The notes: generated by a model from the sequence alone, not told the origin. A DNA stretch of 64,000 nucleotides from an uncultured Verrucomicrobiae bacterium (GCA_963769025.1 CAVYKI010000003.1:768001-832000), one strand, 5' to 3'. Counted from the stretch's first letter, positions 40,883-53,629 are shown. Program-made: numbers and translations.

Positions 40883-42611
40883 TCAGTTTGCACCGGCGGC
40901 GGGAACCGGAGCGGGCGTCTCTTTCCAGAGCACGCGCTCGACCCAGTCGCCGAAGCGCTCGTTGCCGCCGAGACGCTCGGCTTTCCAGCGCGTGAAGAGC
41001 GACTTCAGCTCGGGGATGATCTCCGGGTCCTTCACGAGGTCGCGCCAGACCTTGTTGATGCGCGTGCAGTTTTCATTGCCGCCGAGCCAGAGCTGGTAGC
41101 GGCCGGGGCCTTTGCCGACGAGGCCGATCTCGGCCATGTAGGGGCGCGCGCAGCCGTTCGGGCAGCCGGTCATGCGGATGATGATTTCCTCGCCGGCCAT
41201 GCCGAGTTCGCCGAGCGTCTCGTCGATGCGCCCGAGCAGCGTCGGAAGGTAGCGTTCGCTCTCCGCGAGGCCGAGGCCGCACGTGGGCATGCTCGGGCAC
41301 GCCATGCTCGCGAGGTGGATGGCGTTTGCCTGGTTGTCCACGGGGATGCCGTGCTCGGCGAGCAGCACGGTGATCGCGGCCTGGTCGCCGGGCTTGATGT
41401 TGGCGAGGATGAGATTCTGCGAAGGCGTGAGGCGCACTTCGGCCTGATATTTTTCCACGATGGCACGCAGCGCGGTCTTCTGCCGGCGCGCCGGGGACGT
41501 CCTTGATGCGGCCGGTCTCGACGTAAAGTCCGAGGAACATCGAGCCGTCGAGCGCCTCACCCCAGCCGAACGTGTCGCCCTGCTTGGTGAATTTGAACGG
41601 CTTTGCGTCGGGAAGTTTGTAGCCGATGCGATCCTCGAGTTCCTTGCGGAACCACTCGGCGCCCTTTTCCTCGAGGACATACTTGAGCCGCGCGTGCTTG
41701 CGATCCGTGCGGTCGCCAAAGTCGCGATGCACGGTGAGCACGCCGCGCGAAACTTCCACGAGCTGCTCGGGCGTGACGAATCCGATCACGTCCGCGATGC
41801 GCGGGAAGGTCTGCGTGAGGCCGTGCGTGCGGCCCTGCCCGCCGCCGACGGTGAGATTGTAGCCGATGATTTTTCCGCCCTCCTCGATGGCGATGTAGCC
41901 GAGGCAATTCGTGAGGATGTCCACGTCGTTCAGCGGCTGGAGCGCGAAGGCGGTCTTGAATTTGCGCGGCAGGTACGTGCGGCCGTAGAGCGGATCCACG
42001 AAGTCCTTGTTCTCCGGGGCCTCGAGGTTGAGCTGCACGCCCTCGACCCAGATCGAGTGATACGCCTTCGTCTTCGGCATCAGCGCCTCGGAGACGCGCG
42101 TGGCGTCGGCGAGGAGTTGCGCATGCTGTGCGCTCGCGACGGGCGCGGGCGGGCTCATCACGTTGCGGTTCACGTCACCGCACGCGGCGACCGTGTCCAT
42201 CATCGCGGCGTTGATCTGCTTCATCAGCGGCCCGAGGCCGGATTTTACCACGCCGTGAAACTGAAAGCTCTGCCGCGAAGTAATGCGCAGGGTGTCGTTC
42301 CCGTACCGCGTCGCAAGGTCGTCGTAAACGAGGTAACCCTTCGGTGAGAGCACGCCGCCGGGGATGCGCCCGCGGATCATGAAGATGAATTTTTTGCCCG
42401 CCTTGCGCAGATCGCGGTCATCCTGCTGGTAGATGCCGTGGAATTTCAGGAACTGCTGATCGTCGTCGGAAAAGCGATCCAGCGCCGGGTCCGCGAGGGT
42501 GGCGGCGAGGGTGCCCGCGAGCGTCGGGATCGCGGTTTTGATCTCCTCGTTGTGCGTGGGTTTCTTTTCCTTCGGTGCGGCGGGCGTGGTGGCGACAGCG
42601 GTTTCGCTCAT
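40883..42611 (-). CDS. cysI: Assimilatory sulfite reductase hemoprotein (CysI/Sir), one frameshift near 41490
   Basis: LKFHGIYQQDDRD, FMIR.RIPGG, ACGDVNRN, YLPRKFK; siroheme/4Fe-4S ligands CPSMPTC and GCPNGC. Confidence 0.92.
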
Positions 42612-42745
42612 GGTCTTTCGTGCGTTTCGGTTTGGATAAATGCGGATATTCTTCGATCCGGGGCGCGCACTGTGGAGCACATGTGCGGGTAGCGCAAGGG
42701 CATCGAACCCCCGGTCTGCCATGAAATTTCGGAGCGCGCCGTGCG

Positions 42746-42973
42746 TCAGTGCAGCAGCAGGGCAAAGGCTCCCGTGAGCGCGACTGCATGCAGCCACACC
42801 ATCAGGACTTGCATCCGGCTGTATGCGCGGGAGCTGCTGTTCTCGCTCGGCACATCGGGATCGGGCCCGAAGAAGCGTTCAAAATTCAAGACGAGATAGC
42901 CTCCCGCAAACAGCGTCAGAACGAACAGGCCGGTGAAGATGATTTGGATGAAGAGAAGTGGTTCCTGATTCAT
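42746..42973 (-). CDS. Small two-TM membrane protein
   Basis: 75 aa; two hydrophobic helices around a polar loop; directly downstream of the MocR gene. Confidence 0.65.
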   Translation of the reverse strand: MNQEPLLFIQIIFTGLFVLTLFAGGYLVLNFERFFGPDPDVPSENSSSRAYSRMQVLMVWLHAVALTGAFALLLH

Positions 42974-43003
42974 GCCTCACGCTACCGCCACTGGAAATCC
43001 CGG

Positions 43004-43040
43004 CCAGATGCAGATCGCGTGATTTCCCACCGGTACAGAT
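43004..43040 (-). promoter_or_regulatory. Candidate MocR operator (ATCTG repeats)
   Basis: Minus strand reads ATCTGTAccggtgggaaatcacgcgATCTGCATCTGg, upstream of the small membrane gene. Confidence 0.45.
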
Positions 43041-43051
43041 AGGGCGCTCCG

Positions 43052-44485
43052 CTACGCCATCGCCTTCACCAGATCGCCGAGGATTTCCACGGCGCGTCCC
43101 AGTTTTTCGGACCACGCATGGCCGCAGTTCAGCCGGATGAAATTCGGAAAGCCCTGCCGGACAGAAAACATCGGACCCGGCGCGATGCTGATCTTCTCCG
43201 CCAGCGCGCGCTCGTGAAGCCGCAGCGCGCAAACACCCTTCGGCAGCCGGGCCCAGAGCACGAATCCGCCGCGTGGTCGCGTGAGCCTGACACCCTCAGG
43301 AAATGCCGCCACGACCGCCGCACTCATCCGTTCAATCTGATCGGCGAAATGGCGGCGCAACGCACGCAAGTGGTGATCGTAGCCGCCGTTCGCAAGGAAC
43401 TCCGCGATCGCGAGCTGCGGCAGCGTCGCCGTGGCCAGCGTGCTCGTCAGCTTGAGCGCTTTCACCTTTTCAAAATACCGGCCCGGAGCGACCCAGCCCA
43501 CGCGGTAGCCCGGTGCGAGCGTCTTGGAAAACGAACTGCACAGCAGCACACGCCCGGCGCGGTCGTATGATTGCGCGGTGCGCGGACGCGAGCCGTCGTG
43601 AGCAAGATCGCCGTTGATGTCGTCCTCGATCAGCGGCACGTCGCGGCGTGCGAGGATTTTCACCAGCCGCTGTTTGGCTGCGTCCGGCATGAGCGAGCCG
43701 AGCGGGTTGTTGAAATTCGGCGAGGCAAGGCACGCGGCGATGCGGTGCTTTGCCAGCGCACGCTCGAGCGCGTCGAGGTCCATGCCGTCGCGCGGATGCA
43801 TCGGGATTTCGAGCGCCTTCAGCTTCAGCTCCTCGATAATCTGGAGCACGCCAAAGTAGGCCGGCGACTCCAAGGCCACCATGTCGCCAGGCTTCGTCAC
43901 GGCGCGCAGGGACAGCGCCAGCGCCTCCGTGCCGCCGCAGGTCGTGATGATTTCCTCCGGCGAAAGATTCCCGCCCCAGTCCAGCGACCGCTTCGCGATC
44001 TGCCGGCGCAGCGCCTCCGATCCCGGCGGCATCTCGTAGGCCAGGCCGCGCGCACCCGCGCTGCGCGCCACCGCCGCCATGATGCGGCCCAGCTTTGCCA
44101 CCGGCAGCACCTCCGCCCCCGGATACCCCGCGCCCAGCGGCACCACATCCGGCATCCTCACCGCATCGAAAACCCGCGCCTGTAAACTGCCCACCGCGAC
44201 CGTCGCCGCAGCATGCGCGGGCCGCGAAACGCCCGGCTCCAGCGCCCGCTTCCTCCATTGCGTGCGCACAAAAAACCCCGACCTCGGCCGCGCCTCGATC
44301 CACCCGCGATCTTCGAGCGAAAGATACGCCTGTGCCGCCGTCGTCACGCTCACACCATGCTGCGCCGCTGCACGCCGCACCGACGGGATACGCTCCCCCG
44401 GCCGCAGTGCGCCCGTGCGGATGAGCTTCTCGATCTTCGCGGCGATCTGCTCGTAAAGCGCCGGTGAGCCTGCGGGCGGAATCAT
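43052..44485 (-). CDS. MocR/GabR-type GntR regulator with PLP aminotransferase domain
   Basis: LYEQIA..I...[12 protein letters not shown]...[20 protein letters not shown] winged [26 protein letters not shown]. Confidence 0.93.
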   Translation of the reverse strand: MIPPAGSPALYEQIAAKIEKLIRTGALRPGERIPSVRRAAAQHGVSVTTAAQAYLSLEDRGWIEARPRSGFFVRTQWRKRALEPGVSRPAHAAATVAVGSLQARVFDAVRMPDVVPLGAGYPGAEVLPVAKLGRIMAAVARSAGARGLAYEMPPGSEALRRQIAKRSLDWGGNLSPEEIITTCGGTEALALSLRAVTKPGDMVALESPAYFGVLQIIEELKLKALEIPMHPRDGMDLDALERALAKHRIAACLASPNFNNPLGSLMPDAAKQRLVKILARRDVPLIEDDINGDLAHDGSRPRTAQSYDRAGRVLLCSSFSKTLAPGYRVGWVAPGRYFEKVKALKLTSTLATATLPQLAIAEFLANGGYDHHLRALRRHFADQIERMSAAVVAAFPEGVRLTRPRGGFVLWARLPKGVCALRLHERALAEKISIAPGPMFSVRQGFPNFIRLNCGHAWSEKLGRAVEILGDLVKAMA

Positions 44486-44590
44486 CGTCGCAGTCTAGCC
44501 ACATCTGCGAAAGACCACAGCTTTACCTTTGCCGCGCGCCATGTAGCTTGCGCGCCCTTTTCACCACCGCAACACAGGCTCCCACGCGCC

Positions 44591-47500
44591 ATGCTCACCA
44601 GCGCCCAGATCCGCCAGCAGTTCCTCGATTTCTTCCGCGAGAAACAGCACACCATCGTGCCGAGCTCGTCGCTCATGCCCGACTCGCCGAACCTGCTCTT
44701 CACCAACGCCGGCATGAACCAGTTCGTCCCCATCTTCCTCGGCGAGCGCACGGCGGATGTGAGCAAGTGGGGCGGCGCCATCCCCGGCAGCGACACGCGC
44801 GCGGCGGACACGCAGAAGTGCATCCGCGCCGGCGGCAAGCACAACGACCTCGATGACGTCGGCCTCGACACGTATCACCACACGTTCTTCGAGATGCTCG
44901 GGAACTGGAGCTTCGGCGATTACTTCAAAAAGGAAGCCATCGCGTGGGCGTGGGAACTGATCGTCGAGCGGTTCAAATTTCCGCCGAACCGCGTCTACGC
45001 GACCATCTATCAGCCCGATCCGGGCGACCCGGCCGAGCGCGATCAGGAGGCTTGGGATCTGTGGGCGGAGAAATTCCGCAGCGTCGGCCTCGACCCCGCC
45101 GTCCACATCGTCAACGGCAACAAGAAGGACAACTTCTGGATGATGGGCGAGACCGGCCCGTGCGGCCCGTGCAGCGAGATCCACATCGACCTCACCCCCG
45201 CCGGCGACACCACGCGGCGCGCTGGTCAACAAAGGCACCGCCGAGTGCATCGAGATCTGGAACAACGTCTTCATCCAGTTCAACGCGAACCCCGACGGCA
45301 CCTTCACGCCGCTCCCCGCGCAGCACGTCGATACCGGCATGGGCTTCGAGCGCCTCACCTCGATCATCCAGGGCACGAAGAATTTCACCGACTTCGCCAA
45401 CGCGAAAATCTCCAACTACGAGACCGACATCTTCCGCCCGATCTTCGACGAGCTGGAGAAAATGAGCGGCCACCAATACGGCAGCACGCTCCCGCAGCCG
45501 AACGCCGCCGGGCCAGATCATCCCGACGAGCGAGCAGGAGAAAGTGGACGTCGCCTTCCGCGTCATCGCCGATCACATCCGCACGCTCAGCTTCGCCATC
45601 GCCGACGGCATCCAGCCCGGCAACACCGACCGCAACTACGTCCTGCGCCGCATCCTGCGCCGCGCCGTGCGCTACGGCCGCTCGCTCGGCTTCACGGAGC
45701 CGTTTTTCTACAAGCTCGTCGACGTCCTCGCCCGCACGATGGGCGACGTCTTCCCCGAAATCCGCGCGAAGCAGAAGCACGTGGAGGAAGTGCTGAAGCG
45801 GGAGGAGGAGGCGTTCAACAAGACGCTGGATCGGGGAATCGAGCTTTTCGAAGATGTGATCGAGCACGCATTGATCGGTGAAGTCAGTTGCAGATCGTCG
45901 ACCTGCTTTCGAGGTGAACTCCCCTCGATTGGAGGCGTAAAGACATGGCTCTCAGCCCGTTGGACGGTTGGATGACACTCCGAACGGGGTCTGCGAGACG
46001 CGAAGCTGAGTTCGCAGAACGACTGCGGACTTCGGGAGAAAGTTTCGTGGCGAGTTGCAGAACGGAACGCCGACGTTGCGGAAAGTCGCGAAGCATGGCT
46101 GACCAGAACGTTCGCGGCATCGCAAGTTGCTTCCGAGGTGCGATTCGACATTCCCGGTTCATTGCCTTCAAGCTCTACGACACCTACGGCTTCCCGCTCG
46201 ACCTCACCGAACTCATGGCCCGCGAGCGCGGCCTGACCGTGGACACGGCCGGTTTTGAAAAGCACATGGAAGAGCAGCGCGCCCGCGCCCGCGCCGCGCA
46301 GAAGAAGACCAGTCATCGAGCTTTCCGAAGTCGAGACGAAGAGCCCACGCACTTCCTCGGCTACGATCACGACCACACCGGCGCCGATGTGCAGGAAGTG
46401 CTTTCGGCTGAAGGACAAGCACCGCCGTCATCGCTCGAACAACTCCGTGTGCTACGCCGAGATGGGCGGGCAGGTCGGCGACACCGGCGAGATGACCCAC
46501 GGCGGCAATGTCCTGGCGCATCGCCAACACGCAGAAGAGCGGCCACACCTGGCTGCATTTCCTCGACGAAGCCGATGCGCCCGCCGTCGGCGAGCACGTC
46601 ACGCATCGAGCTCGACCGCGCGCGCCGCGGCGCCATCCAGCGGCACCACACCGTCACGCATCTGCTGCACTGGGCGCTGCACGAAGTCGTGAGCAAGGAG
46701 GCCACGCAGAAGGGCTCCTTCGTCGGGCCGGACAAGCTGACCTTCGACTTCAACAGCGCCGCGCTCACGCCCGCGCAGGTGCGCGACATCGAGCGGCTCG
46801 TGAACGAACGCATCGTCGAAAACGCCGCGCGTCTCGTGGATCGAAGTGCCTTACGCCGACGTGCGCGGGCGCGCCGACATCATGCAGTTCTTCGGCGACA
46901 AATACGGCGAGACCGTGCGCGTCGTGCAGATCGGCGGCACCGCCGCGTGCGCTCGACGGCTACTCCATGGAACTCTGCGCCGGCACCCACACGCGCGCGA
47001 CCGGCGAGATCGGCCTCTTCCGGATCGCGAGCGAAGCCGCCATCGCCGCCGGCGTCCGCCGCATCGAAGCCGTCGGCCGGCCTCACACGCCTACGACCTC
47101 GCCACCGCCGACACGCAGCGCCTCCACGCGCTCGCCACGAAGCTCGGCACGCCGCTCGCCCGAACTCGAAAAGCGAATCGAAGGCATGCTCGCGCAGCAG
47201 AAGGAACTCGAGAAGGCGCTCAAGTCCGCCCAGCCAGCGCGAAGCCGCCGGCCGCGCGAAGGATCTGCTCGCCAACGCGCAGACGATCAACGGCACCCCC
47301 GCGATCATCGCCAATCTCGGCGGACGCCGACGGCGACACGCTGCAGACCGTCGCCGACGCGCTGAAGTCGCACGGCTTCCACGGCGTCATCGTCCTCGGC
47401 GGCAGCGCGAACGGCGCCGTCGCGCTCGTCGCGAGCGTCGCCACGGACTTCACCGCGAAAGTGCAGGCCGGGAAAATCATCCAGCACCATCGCCCCGCTC

Positions 47501-47605
47501 GTCGGCGGCAAAGGCGGCGGCAAACCCGACAACGCCCGCGGCGGCGGCAAGGACCCGAGCAAGCTCGACGAGGCGCTTGCACAAGCGGTGACGATGCTAG
47601 GGTGA
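44591..47605 (+). CDS. alaS: Alanine--tRNA ligase (many frameshifts, internal insert)
   Basis: [92 protein letters not shown]. Confidence 0.95.
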
Positions 47606-47651
47606 TTCAGGGTTCGCCAGCCACTCCGTTTCATCGCGATCTGTTTCTTTC

Positions 47652-48104
47652 ATGCGACACGTCATCGCTCTCGTCGGATTTCTCCTCCTGACCTTTCTCG
47701 CGCCCGTCGTCGGGTTGCTGGGGAAGCCGGACGCATGGTTTGCGAATCTCGCGAAGCCGTCATGGAACCCTCCCGCCTGGGTCTTCGGGCCGGTGTGGAC
47801 CGTCCTTTACGTCACCATCGCAGTATCGGCGTGGGGCATGTGGAAACGTGCCGGCTGGCACCGCGCCCACGCTGCGTGGCTCGCGCAGCTCGTGCTCAAC
47901 GCCGCTTGGACTCCGGTCTTCTTCGGCCTGCACCGGCCCGGCCTGGCCGTTGTCGTCATCGTGGCGATGTGGTTAGGCATCGCGGGAACCATCGTCGCAT
48001 TCGCAAAAGTCGAACGATGGACCGCGTGGCTGCTCGCGCCGTATCTCGCGTGGGTCACATTCGCGACCGCGCTGAACATCGCCATCTGGCGGCTGAATCC
48101 GTGA
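47652..48104 (+). CDS. tspO: TspO/MBR tryptophan-rich sensory protein
   Basis: WFANLAKPSWNPPAWVFGPVWTVLY, LNAAWTPVFFG, LLAPYLAWVTFATALN. Confidence 0.95.
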   Translation: MRHVIALVGFLLLTFLAPVVGLLGKPDAWFANLAKPSWNPPAWVFGPVWTVLYVTIAVSAWGMWKRAGWHRAHAAWLAQLVLNAAWTPVFFGLHRPGLAVVVIVAMWLGIAGTIVAFAKVERWTAWLLAPYLAWVTFATALNIAIWRLNP

Positions 48105-48187
48105 CGCAACTGCGGAGCCGGGCAAGCGACGTTGCGATCTGCACTGGCGCCGCGACGGAAACCGCGCTAGCTACACGCCCCTTTCCA

Positions 48188-49225
48188 ATGACCCGAGTCT
48201 CCGATCTTCACGTAATCGCGAACACCGCGCTCCCTTCCCCGAAGGAAATGAGCGAGGGAATTCCGCGCAGCGATGCGCACGCGGCGTTCGTCTGCGACTC
48301 GCGCACGGCCATCGCGCGGACGATCTCCGGCGCGGACCCGCGCTTCCTGCTCATCGTCGGCCCGTGCTCGATCCACGATCTGAAAGGCGGGCACGAATAC
48401 GCCGAGCGGCTCGCGAAGCTGGCCGCCGAAGTGCGCGACCGCGTGCTGATCGTGATGCGCGTCTATTTTGAAAAACCGCGGACGACCGTCGGCTGGAAGG
48501 GGCTCATCATGGACCCGCACCTCGACGGCACGAACGACATCCCGGCCGGGCTGCGGATCGCACGGAAATTCCTGCGCGATGTGCTCGATCTCGGCCTGCC
48601 GACGGCGACCGAGATGCTCGACCCGATCACGCCGCAGTACATCGCCGACCTCACGTGCTGGACGGCCATCGGCGCGCGGACGACGGAAAGCCAGACGCAC
48701 CGCCAGATGGCGAGCGGACTCTCGATGCCGGTCGGCTTTAAGAACACGACAAGCGGCGCGGTGACTCCGGCGATCAACGCGATCAAGGCGGCGACGCAGC
48801 GCCAGACTTTCCTCGGGATCGACGAGCGCGGGCGGGCCAGTGTGGTCAGCACGACGGGGAATCCCGACTGCCACGTGATCCTGCGCGGCGGCGACGACTC
48901 GCCGAACTGCGACGCAGCATCCGTGAACAAGGCGCTGGCGGCACTCGCGAAGGCGGGACTGCCGGCAAACGTGATGGTGGACGCGAGCCACGCGAATTGC
49001 GCGAAGGAATGCGAACGGATGCCGGCGACGTTCCGCGAGATCCTCGCGCAGCGCGCGGGCGGCGCGAAAGGGATCATCGGCGCGATGCTGGAGAGCAACC
49101 TCGTCGCTGGCGCGCAGTCGCTCGGCAAGGATCGCAGCGCGCTCACCTACGGGCAGTCGATCACCGACCAGTGCATCGACTGGGCGACGACCGAGAAGCT
49201 CGTGTTCGAAGCGGCGGCGCTCTGA
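48188..49225 (+). CDS. 3-deoxy-7-phosphoheptulonate (DAHP) synthase, class I-alpha (AroF/G/H type)
   Basis: VGPCSIHD, MRVYFEKPRTTVGWKG, AIGARTTESQTHR, HVILRGG, DASHAN, YGQSITD.CI.W. Confidence 0.95.
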   Translation: MTRVSDLHVIANTALPSPKEMSEGIPRSDAHAAFVCDSRTAIARTISGADPRFLLIVGPCSIHDLKGGHEYAERLAKLAAEVRDRVLIVMRVYFEKPRTTVGWKGLIMDPHLDGTNDIPAGLRIARKFLRDVLDLGLPTATEMLDPITPQYIADLTCWTAIGARTTESQTHRQMASGLSMPVGFKNTTSGAVTPAINAIKAATQRQTFLGIDERGRASVVSTTGNPDCHVILRGGDDSPNCDAASVNKALAALAKAGLPANVMVDASHANCAKECERMPATFREILAQRAGGAKGIIGAMLESNLVAGAQSLGKDRSALTYGQSITDQCIDWATTEKLVFEAAAL

Positions 49226-49341
49226 GCGAAGACAGCGCGGGCGGGGCCTGGAAAACCGCGGGCAGCGAGACGAAACGGGCGCCGAGCCGCCGGCGCAGAA
49301 GGCGGCAAAAGCCATGCAAAGGCCACGTGTCACTCCTGTGA

Positions 49342-49419
49342 TGAGATTGAGTCTTAAAAACATTTGACACCGAAAGCGACTGCGCTACACACGGCGCCTG
49401 CGACTGAGACTTAGTCGCA
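49342..49419 (+). promoter_or_regulatory. Promoter with two Fur-box-like operators
   Basis: TGAGATT-G-AGTCTTA (49342-49356); perfect TTGACA (49364-49369); 21-bp palindrome TGCGACTGAGACTTAGTCGCA (49399-49419). Confidence 0.6.
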
Positions 49420-49461
49420 TACAACACACAAAACCACGTAACACACACGCAAGTTCATCTC

Positions 49462-50226
49462 ATGCAACGTCCATCCACCCTCGCCTTCACTGCCATCGCC
49501 AGCCTTCTGCTCTCGATGACTCCAGGCACCGCTCACGCGGACAACCGGCCATTCACCTACACGTATGAAGCCACGACGGCTCCGAAAGGCTCGATCGAAT
49601 ACGAGCAGTGGGTGACTTGGAGAGCCCGCCGCGGCGCGCCGGGCGACATGAACCGGTTCGATTTCCGGCATGAGCTGGAATTCGGCATCACCGACCGGCT
49701 GCAACTCGGCCTCTACCTTTCAAACTGGCGCGTCGTCGAACAGCGCGGCACGACGACCACCATGTGGGACGGCGTCGCAGTGGAGGCGATCTACAACCTG
49801 ACGAACCCGACGACCGACTGGATCGGCTCCGCCCTCTACGGGGAGATCGTCGTCGGCGATGAGGTGTTCAAACTGGAAGGAAAGCTGATCTTTCAGAAGA
49901 ACTTCGGGAAACTGATTGCCGCCTACAACGCCACGCTCGAGGCGGAATGGGAAGGCTCGGGGCTGCGCCACGACAAGGGCGAGTTCAAGCAGTCCGCGGG
50001 CGTCAGCTATGAGCTGACCCCGAAATGGAGCGTGGGCGCGGAATTGCTGCACGAAGTGGAATTCGACCGCTGGGGCCCCGCGGGCGACCACGCGGCGTAC
50101 ATCGGGCCGAACGTGTCCTACCGCTTCAAGCGCGGCTTCGTCACCACGACGATGCTTTTCCAAGCCACCGGAATCCGGTCCGAAGCCGATGTCCAGACCC
50201 GCCTCATTTTCGGCATCCTCTTCTAG
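49462..50226 (+). CDS. Outer-membrane beta-barrel protein (DUF6662-like)
   Basis: Signal peptide ending AHA; FTYTYEATT.PKG..EYEQW; ELEFGITDRLQ; alternating beta-strands; C-terminal Phe. Confidence 0.75.
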   Translation: MQRPSTLAFTAIASLLLSMTPGTAHADNRPFTYTYEATTAPKGSIEYEQWVTWRARRGAPGDMNRFDFRHELEFGITDRLQLGLYLSNWRVVEQRGTTTTMWDGVAVEAIYNLTNPTTDWIGSALYGEIVVGDEVFKLEGKLIFQKNFGKLIAAYNATLEAEWEGSGLRHDKGEFKQSAGVSYELTPKWSVGAELLHEVEFDRWGPAGDHAAYIGPNVSYRFKRGFVTTTMLFQATGIRSEADVQTRLIFGILF

Positions 50227-50233
50227 CCTCACC

Positions 50234-50536
50234 GTGCGGATGCGGCGCGGCGGCGTGATGTTCCTCACGTCGCTCGCGCTCGCATCGTGCGTGAGCCTGG
50301 AGACCGCCGTGCCTCCCGTCGCGACGCTCGTGGCGCACGGCAGAAACACCGCCACGCTCGAAGCCGGCCGCCGCACTTATCTGGGCGTCTGCGCCGACTG
50401 CCATACGGCGCAACCGGTGCGCGACTTTTCCGCTTCGCAGTGGCCGGCGATCATCGCGGACATGTCCGAGCGCTCAAAGCTCTCGCCGGAGGAGCATCGC
50501 GCCGTGCTGGCCTACGTGCTCGCAGCGGCGAAATAG
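50234..50536 (+). CDS. Monoheme cytochrome c lipoprotein
   Basis: Lipobox LAS-C; CADCH heme motif; distal W...I..M; start is 50234 (GTG) or 50240 (ATG). Confidence 0.8.
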   Translation: MRMRRGGVMFLTSLALASCVSLETAVPPVATLVAHGRNTATLEAGRRTYLGVCADCHTAQPVRDFSASQWPAIIADMSERSKLSPEEHRAVLAYVLAAAK

Positions 50537-50621
50537 GACCGCGCGAGATTTCGCAACCCGCTCTCGACCTCGCGGGGTGGAGATGCTTTAACCCGCGCGC
50601 TTCAATTTCAAAGTACACACC

Positions 50622-51890
<1,269 letters not shown>

Positions 51891-51949
51891 CCCGGCGGGA
51901 TTCGTGTGAATTGACGCAGGGGAGTTTGCGTCCACCTTGCCGCATCCGC

Positions 51950-52804
51950 ATGAAACGGCTCCCCCTCCTCCTCGCCACGGCCCTGCTTCTGGCGACGGCC
52001 ACCGCCAGCGATCAAATCCGCGACGTGCAAGGCGTGCTGAAGGCGCAGGGATTCTATTACGGTGAAGTGACCGGCACGGAGAGCGCCGAGACCGGGAGCC
52101 GCGATCCGCCGCTTCCAGATCCGCAACGGCATTTCCGTCACCGGAAAGCTGAACGCCGAGACACTCACCGCGCTGGGCCTGGGACGGAAAAGGATCGCGA
52201 CGGCCGAGCCCGCTCCGACGACGCGCCCGCCGCCCAAGCCCGCGCAGCAACCCGCCCCGGTCGCCGTGGCGCAGAAGCAACTGAACCCTCCCCCGCCCGC
52301 GGAGCGGCGCATGCAGAAGGCTGCCGAGCCGGTCGTGCCGATGAAAAGGCCGCGCGAGCTTCCTCCCGAAGCCGAAGCGAAGGTCGCGGTGCAGAATCCG
52401 CCGCGACAGCGTGAGGACGAGCGACCTGTCCGTGATCGAGCCGCCGACTCCCGTTGCCGCCGGCGGTGTCCACGCCGTTCACGACGATGTTCCGCGACAC
52501 GCCGTATGCCGCTGCGCCGCGCGATGTCCAGATGAGCGTGATCCGTCGCGCACAGGCGATCATGGCGTCGCGGCGGTTCTATCGCGGCCCGATCGATGGC
52601 GTCGCAGGGCCGGCCACGAGCGAGGCGATATTTCTTTTCCAAGACGATGCCGATCTACGCCGCACGGGACGTCTCGACCTCGATACACTCGACGAGATGA
52701 ACCTGCTCCCGCAGGCGCCGCGCGCGAATCCGCTGCTGAAGCCCTTTTACAATCCCAACCGTCGCCGCGATTCCTCCGTGTCCGACGATTACCGGATCCG
52801 CTGA
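51950..52804 (+). CDS. Secreted protein with two peptidoglycan-binding domains and Pro-rich linker, frameshifted
   Basis: Signal peptide; VQ..LKAQGFYYG.V.G...AIRRFQ..NG...TGKL; second repeat AQ.....FYRGPIDG..GP.T..AI..FQ....TGRLD..TL. Confidence 0.8.
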
Positions 52805-52806
52805 GG

Positions 52807-53629
52807 TTATTTCGTTTCGGGAAAGCCGACGCTCTGCAGCTCGGCCCACACGCTGCCGACCTGGACGTCGGCGGAGATTTTCAACATCAGCCGGTCGCTG
52901 TCGTCGGAAATCCACGCGGTCGCCTTCTTGAATTTTTTGTGCGGCGTGAGGCGGTAGTCGTCCGCAATTCCACTGAGCTGCAGGTCGCATCGGATCGCGT
53001 TCCACTCGCGCCCAGCGACCGTCAGCCGTTCGCGCCCCGTGACCGTCGCCGTCGCCAGGTAGGGCGCGCCGCCGGGATACACGCAAAGCTTCACCGAATC
53101 GCCCTGCGCGAGCGCCTGGCTGCGGATGAAGAACACCGCGCTGTTCAGGTCATGCACATCCGGAAAAACGAAACGTCGCGGAGCGCGCTGGACGGCTTCC
53201 GGCGGAATCTGCGTCCGCGTCTGCACCGGCCCGTCCGCGAGGAAATCCACGGTGGTCGTCACCACTTTTTTTTTGTACGTCTCCGTCTGCGTCAGCTTCA
53301 CGGGGCGGAAGGTCACAGGGTCGAATGCCGCCGTGGCCTTCGCGTCCATCTTCCACATCGTCCGCGCGACGCCCGTGGTCTTCGCGGTGAAATCGAGCAC
53401 GCACAGCCCCTCGGGCGACATCGCCATGGCCACGATCCGCCTCCGCCGCGGTGATCCCGCTCCATCCAAACGCGTAGCGGAAAACCGCCGGGCGCATCTT
53501 CCCGAACGGCCCGGGCTTTTTCCAAATCTCGTCACGCCAGTCGGCCTTGGAAACGGACGCTGAAATGGCCGCGGCCACCGCAAGCGACGGAAGCGCGACG
53601 CCCGTTGCCCCGATGCGGCCCGGCGTCTT
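52807..53629 (-). CDS. DUF3108-like exported protein, frameshift near 53430, no clear own start
   Basis: RYAFGWSGITAA, DLNSA, ATAWISDD..R....I...V.VG.V. Confidence 0.65.

Noticed and set aside
42612..42745. SAM riboswitch upstream of cysI
   Set aside because: The leader is short and shows no SAM-I core motifs or terminator; only a promoter-like TTGCGC-17-CACAGT is present.
44486..44590. T-box leader upstream of alaS
   Set aside because: Only 105 bp, shared with the divergent mocR promoter, and no T-box consensus.
45853..46160. Intein or IS element as the alaS insert
   Set aside because: No C-terminal HN-C/S/T splice motif, terminal inverted repeats, target duplication or transposase fragment was seen. 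It is kept only as an unexplained insert.
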